Assembly: GCA_034530615.2 (NCBI GenBank)
Contig: JAVRCV020000007.1
Span: forward strand, 96,001 to 160,000
Reading direction: 5' to 3'
Source of the DNA: Aulosira sp. ZfuVER01
GTDB taxonomy: Bacteria > Cyanobacteriota > Cyanobacteriia > Cyanobacteriales > Nostocaceae
DNA length: 64,000 bases
In this document: piece after piece, positions 63,203-64,000 of the stretch
Position numbering within the stretch: position 1 is the stretch's first letter
Layout of the letters: every line of letters starts with the position of its first letter
The notes under the pieces: model-generated
Seen by the model: only the letters and a program-made list of their open reading frames with translations
The model's database searches: none
What the model was told of the DNA's origin: nothing
Position numbers and translations under genes: made by a program

Positions 63203-64000
63203 ATGATTGAGCAAGTTGCCACTGCCTTTGAGCGTAAAGACTATAACACAGCCGCTAAGTTACTTAAACATCTGTTAAAAGAATCCCCAGAAAATCCTTG
63301 GGTGCAATTTTATGTGGGACGGCTGCATGAAGTATCAAAAAAGTTTCCAGATGCGGAAAAAATTTACCGACAACTGCTGCGAAGTACAACCAACACCAAA
63401 ATCTTGACGCAAGCACGTCAAGGTTTACAGCGAATTAAAGACATTGAGCAAGAAGCAAGACAAAGAGCGATCGCTCAAGCAACAACTGAACCTAGTAATA
63501 CAGAATTAGGCGTACTCGTCTTAGAACCTCTAAGTAATGAACTCAAAGCCCAAGCAGCCCCCAAATTTGCCCAGATTTTCCAAATTGACGCTTATACAGC
63601 AAGGTTAACTTTACCCAGTCGTGGCTGGAAGTTATATCGCACTGGACAAATAGGAGAACTCAAATTTTACGGCACACAATTAAGACAAGCTGAGATTCCT
63701 TGTTTTTGGGCAACAATCGCGGAAATTCAGCAAATTCAAGTTTTTCAAGTTAATTACTTTGTAGAATCTGCCGCTACTACTACTGTTGTTTGCAGTAACC
63801 ATGCAAATCAAGTCGGTTCTTTAACCTTTAACTGGTCAGAAGTCAAAGCACGGGTAGCTGGTCTTTTGCCTATTTTCGAGCAAGTTGTAGATGTTGATGT
63901 GAACCGCAAATTAGAACGTAAAACTCAAACTCAAGACTATGCACAATTTTGTGATTTACACCTACCTGGTAGGCGTTGCATTTTGCGACTTTCTGACAAA
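63203..64000 (+). CDS. TPR-containing protein, 5' part (runs off the window)
   Basis: Frame MIEQVATAFERKDYNTAAKLLK... with TPR-like helices; absent from the ORF track because no stop falls in the window. Confidence 0.75.
   Translation, partial: MIEQVATAFERKDYNTAAKLLKHLLKESPENPWVQFYVGRLHEVSKKFPDAEKIYRQLLRSTTNTKILTQARQGLQRIKDIEQEARQRAIAQATTEPSNTELGVLVLEPLSNELKAQAAPKFAQIFQIDAYTARLTLPSRGWKLYRTGQIGELKFYGTQLRQAEIPCFWATIAEIQQIQVFQVNYFVESAATTTVVCSNHANQVGSLTFNWSEVKARVAGLLPIFEQVVDVDVNRKLERKTQTQDYAQFCDLHLPGRRCILRLSDK

Overview
A 64-kb chromosomal segment from a filamentous, probably heterocyst-forming (Nostocales-type) cyanobacterium. The taxon is inferred from frequent HIP1 GCGATCGC octamers, STRR-type tandem repeats, psb27 and cyanobacterial gene order. 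In order, the window holds: the 3' end of asnS; a Wsp-type chemosensory cluster with two MCPs and a REC-histidine kinase in the position of WspR; a NarL-type regulator; groES-groEL with CIRCE and K-box; an Rpn nuclease and a SMI1/KNR4 gene; urease ureD-A-B-C; csaB; hisA; two coiled-coil genes (ZicK/ZacK-like); sphR-sphS-phoU; a Crp regulator; a porin; glycosyltransferases; cofH; psb27; polA; a BMP lipoprotein plus dCache kinase; ddl; tRNA-Arg(TCT); cutA; sulfite reductase; and rsmE. Five observations stand out. (1) A GxxExxY PD-(D/E)XK nuclease gene sits antisense inside the urease operon, bracketed almost exactly by 45-bp inverted repeats, with similar short motifs elsewhere in the window; it is a candidate minimal nuclease/REP-like mobile system. 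(2) An intron-less I-Ssp6803I-like endonuclease lies between tRNA-Arg and an orphan 3' half of tRNA-Thr. (3) Two unannotated ~40-aa ORFs share an R[RK]KPxNNGxP motif. (4) A consensus LexA box and a structured leader precede the coiled-coil genes. (5) The Rpn gene has an internal RBS/ATG that could encode an antitoxin. All calls come from reading the sequence and remembered family motifs; no searches were run.
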